50,689 nucleotides of DNA, taken from Halocafeteria seosinensis (Eukaryota). The notes beneath the pieces were generated by a model, which was not told the origin of the DNA, searched no databases, and was given only the letters and a program-made list of their open reading frames with translations. This document shows, one piece after another, positions 46,676-50,689 of the stretch; the stretch's first letter is position 1, and each line of letters opens with the position of its first letter. The stretch is taken from positions 1 through 50,689 of the forward strand of contig LVLI01000246.1 of the NCBI GenBank assembly GCA_001687465.1. The letters run 5' to 3'. Position numbers and translations under genes: made by a program.

Positions 46676-49600
46676 ATGTCTGGAGGCCAGTTCCCGAACC
46701 AGCAGCAACCTAGATTCAACCCCAACATTGCTCCAGCAGTCTCTGGTGCTATGGGTGTAAGTGATCAACTGGATTCTCTTGAGAAGACGCGGATGCAACC
46801 TTCATGAGTTTATCCGTGCTACGTTGCAGGATCCTAGAGCAGGACCTCGCCCTCATCCCCGTGCGAGTAATGCGCCTGCTCCTTACGTTTCACATCAAAT
46901 GGCGGCAAGCCAGGGATTCCCCGTGTACATGGCGAACCCGCCACCCTATCCTGGCGCCGTGGGAGGGGCCCCATACCAACAAGGCTATCCTGATCAAAAT
47001 GTCCGTCCTGGAATGGGAGGACCTACAAGTGGACGACCTCCACAAAGAGAAATGTCGGACAAAGCAAAGGAGATGCGGGAAAAATTAGAACGCAAAAGGA
47101 AGGGAAAGACTGGGACCACTTCAGAAGACACCGTCTCGGTTTCCCGAAGCGCAACGTCTGAGACGACGACATCGACGGTCAGTAGCACTTCTGAAGATTC
47201 TTCCAGATGGAATGCAACGTCCGAGAAAACGGCACCGACGGCAGATACCACTGATGATGGTCCTGTGGCTACTACACCAACAGAAGTCAGTGCTAGCGTC
47301 CCTGAAACAACACGAGTTAGCGCATTCAGAAGCGTCAAAGAATCTGAATTTAACGCTACAACAAGCGAGGGTGATACTACCACGGATAGTATTGTTCAGC
47401 AACAATCGGCAGCCGTTACGTCTCAGCAAGGTTCCGAAAGCATGCCCTCTAGTACTAAGGGCCATATGACTGTCGCACCCGCAGAAAGCGAAGAACAACC
47501 TGTTTCGTCAGGCAAGAACACTTTTGACGAAATGGAATCCGCAACAGACACGGACACCGTTAGGAAGATGGACGTTGACGCATACAACGGTGAAAGTGAC
47601 ACTGCAAGCCACCCACGATCGACTACCACCGCTCCCCCAATTGGTTGTCCGGAGTCTCCTCCGATCGAACTTGTCACCAATGAACATGATGGTGACGATA
47701 ATAAGATACAGTATACAATCGCAACGCTGCGCCGACTGGAACCTCCAAAGATGCAGTTCAATCGCCCGTCGCTTTTGCTAATCGATTTTGAACTACACGA
47801 AGCCGACGTTCGTGAATCCAACAGGAGTGGTGGTGGTGGTGGAAGGGGCCCAAGGGATAGAGGACAACCATCCTCGAGCAAAAAGGGGGGTTTTGGAGGA
47901 GATAGGGGAATGTCTAAAGGCAAGGGATCTAGTAATAGTTGGGCGCGTGATGGAAATAAGAAGAGAGATCCATACGAAGAGCTTGGTCGGGCAGGGAAAG
48001 CATTCACAAAGCGCGAAAAAGACACATCGGAAATCGGCAAGGCAAAGAAAACCGTTACTGACGTATGCAATAAATTGTCAAGAGACAACTTTGACAAGTT
48101 GAGCGAAGAACTGGTCAAAATGCAAATTCCTTCTTTTGATGTTCTTAATACTGTGATAAACTTGATTTTCGATAAAGCACTAGAGTTCCAAACTTTTCAG
48201 GATTTGTTCGCCGATCTTTGCCGGCGATTAAGCAAGAAAGCAGATGTTTGGACGAATAACTTTGCGCAATATAAACAGGATGATCAGGGATGGTACTATG
48301 ACTTAAGTGGAGCAAAAAATGATGAAACCAAGGAGCCAGAGTGGGTAGGCCCCTACTCCTCTGAGGAAGAGGCCGGAAAGGCCGCTCATACCAGGTCCGC
48401 TTTCAAAAGACTGCTTCTCAATCGGTGTCAGGAAGAATTCGAACGAGAAGGTGCTTACGAAACTATTGAAAACGAAAGGAAGGAAATGGAAAAGAAGCTG
48501 GAAGAAATGCGCAAAACGAGCCCCAGTGGGGCACCCCCTGCTGATATGGTCAAAGAGAAAGAGAAGAAAGAAGAGGAGTGGGTGGCGCAAGAGCTCAAGA
48601 TAAAGCGTCGAATGCTCGCAAATATCGGATTCATTGGCCATTTGTACATGAGCAATCTGCTCACAGACCTCATCGTCAACCATTGCATCAACAGGCTGCT
48701 TTATAATAAGAGTGGTGGAACTCTTGATGAAGAAAACGTGGAGGCTCTTCTTAAGTTGCTCTTGCTGGTAGGAAAGAAATACGAGAAGAGTACCCGCGCC
48801 AACAAGCAAGGGAAGATAGTTCCGATGGAAGATGTTATGGAGACCGTCCAACAGCTCGGCAAAGATAAACGGCTTCCTTCGAGGCTAAGATTTAGGTGTC
48901 TCGATGTGATAGAAGCCCGTGATAATGGCTGGAAAATGCCTGAACACCATGTGGCTGCCGCTGCGAAGACGATGTCCAAGAAAGATTTCAGAAAACAAGC
49001 CCAAGAAGAAGATATGAAGAAAAACCAGGAAGTTGAGGGTCTTCGATCGAAATACGCTCACGATAGTGATTATAGAAAATCCTCTGCTAAGCCGCGGCAA
49101 GATGCCAAACTTTCTGCTCAACTCGGCCCCAGTAGACACGAGAGCCGCGGAAACAGAAGTGGTGGATCTGGGGCCGTTGCCACAGGCCGGCCAAAAGTGT
49201 TTGGTCCTCGCTCAGGTTTGATGAAGCGAAGCAAGGAGAGTGAATCAAACCAACCTGCAGTGCAACCAGCTCCTCAAGCGCAAGTGGAAAAGAAGGAGGA
49301 ACCTCCTTCCATGGACACCGAAACCCGTGATAAGGCTAAACAACGTATTCACAACAGCTTCAAAGAATATCAGGAGCTGCAAGATAAAGATGAACTTAGG
49401 GATAGTGTGAAAGAGATTTATCAATTAGCAGAGGGACCTCCACTCTTCGTGGTGACCGCTGTTGAAATGCTTAGAACATCACGGTCAGCTAAAGATAGAA
49501 GAGCAGTTGAGGAGGGTCTACTTGTGCTCGCCGAGGAGAAGTACTTTGCTGAGAAAGATGTGCAATCTGGAATAGCGCAGTATCTCCCTGATTTCAGTGC

Positions 49601-50645
49601 TGACTTGGAGGATGCACCTCATCTCGACTCGTACATTGCTGACGTAAGTATATGTGCTGATCGTTCTCCCGTCGCTATTTTGTCTTACTGTGTCGTCGTT
49701 GGGAATGAGGAGACTTGCTATTTATTCTGACACCTCTTGTTTGAGCATCTGTGGATGCAATGAACTTATTTATGCTTATGAACGCTTATCTGACCCGCGA
49801 TTCCCGAGTTGATAGTCAAATTCTTTTTGTTTTCTATATATGGTGGTGGTACTGATGCTGCGTTCAGACGGATTTCACCGTTTCTTGTTTTCGTTTTGCA
49901 GCTTCTTTCGGAACTCGTTCGAGCAGATATAGTTTCGGTAGTTAGGATTGCAGAAGTATGCGGTACAGAGGGTGGATTTAGATGCGGTGTAGCAACCCGC
50001 CTCGTCGCTGCTTTAGTGAGTTATGCTTCGAGAGAGGATCGGAATGAAGCTCCAGATACTAAGAAGATGAGACAATATTTAGAGTCTCTCCGAAAGGAGA
50101 ACGTTGGTCTTGCTGATCTTTATGGCCCTGGCGCGATGAAGAAGACTGTAACCAGACTTTCTGAGCTACATATTGACGAGGAAGTATCACACGATATGAA
50201 AATCTTTAAGGCCGCCAGTTCTGTGTTGTCAAGCAAATTTAGCCTATCGGATACCCCCTCAGATATACAGACAGATAGTGTGTTCATTCGTGTGGTACTC
50301 AGCGAATTGATTCATGCTGCAGGAGATATGGGAATGGGACCGGAGGATGCATCAGATGACTTGCAATGGCTGGAATCACACATTGAAACTCTACAGAAAC
50401 TATTCCAAAGTGGGGGTGCAGATAACGTTCCCTACTTGCTGGAAACGATTGTTCAAACCATTCACGCCAACCCTCATAGTATGTATGAAACACCGTGGTT
50501 CCCTACCCTTGATAAGGCGTATATTGATTGGTTAGTCAAGCATAATGTGTTGAGCACGGCTGATGTCAAGCACTGGGCCACCCAGTTCCAACCTCGCCGA
50601 CCATTCGGATGGATACATGCAGAAGCTGCGGCTAATGTTCAGTAG
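46676..50645 (+). CDS. EIF4G: Translation initiation factor eIF4G-like (MIF4G and MA3 domains; exons 46676-46756, 46830-49643, 49902-50645)
   Basis: MIF4G: NKLSRDNFDKL, LIFDKALE, FKRLLLNRCQEEFE, RRMLANIGFIGHLY, DEENVEAL, SRLRF; MA3-like KEY...DLEDAPHL; candidate eIF4E-binding YTIATLR; GTAAGT...GCAG introns keep frame. Confidence 0.9.
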
Positions 50646-50689
50646 GACTGTTTAATGCACACAGCTATCTCTGCACAAATAAAAAAAAA

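Noticed and set aside
50678..50689. Terminal A-run as a poly(A) tail or retrocopy
   Set aside because: The upstream gene retains introns; more likely a genomic homopolymer at the sequence end.

Overview
Gene-dense eukaryotic (protist-like) genomic DNA with short GT-AG spliceosomal introns (about 60-260 nt, GTAAGT-type donors); gene content is compatible with a stramenopile/SAR organism (inference). The ORF track splits most genes into exon fragments, which I re-spliced by hand. From left to right: (1) a minus-strand ORF of at least 774 aa that is absent from the ORF track because it runs off the window end, encoding a signal peptide plus seven tandem ~105-aa six-cysteine domains that I cannot assign to a known family; (2) ~4 kb of unexplained, possibly decayed DNA; (3) a membrane-anchored class I cyclic-nucleotide phosphodiesterase; (4) a disordered protein with a HYLS1-like C-terminal motif; (5) cohesin RAD21; (6) a prokaryote-type NADP isocitrate dehydrogenase with a cyanobacterial-like insert; (7) a CaMK1-like kinase; (8) a CDPK7-like EF-hand/PH/kinase with an 18-nt microexon; (9) a hypothetical protein; (10) (CA)n microsatellites abutting a recurring TGTGACAG terminus, a possible mobile element; (11) a secreted Thr/Ser/Pro mucin-like protein; (12) a DHX57/DHX29-like DEAH helicase; (13) an FHIP/FAM160-like protein; (14) NOL8; (15) an intronless bacterial-like homocysteine S-methyltransferase; (16) eIF4G. 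I found no rRNA, tRNA or CRISPR array. The best novelty candidate is the hidden cysteine-rich repeat protein at 1-2324. All family calls rest on motif recall, not database searches.
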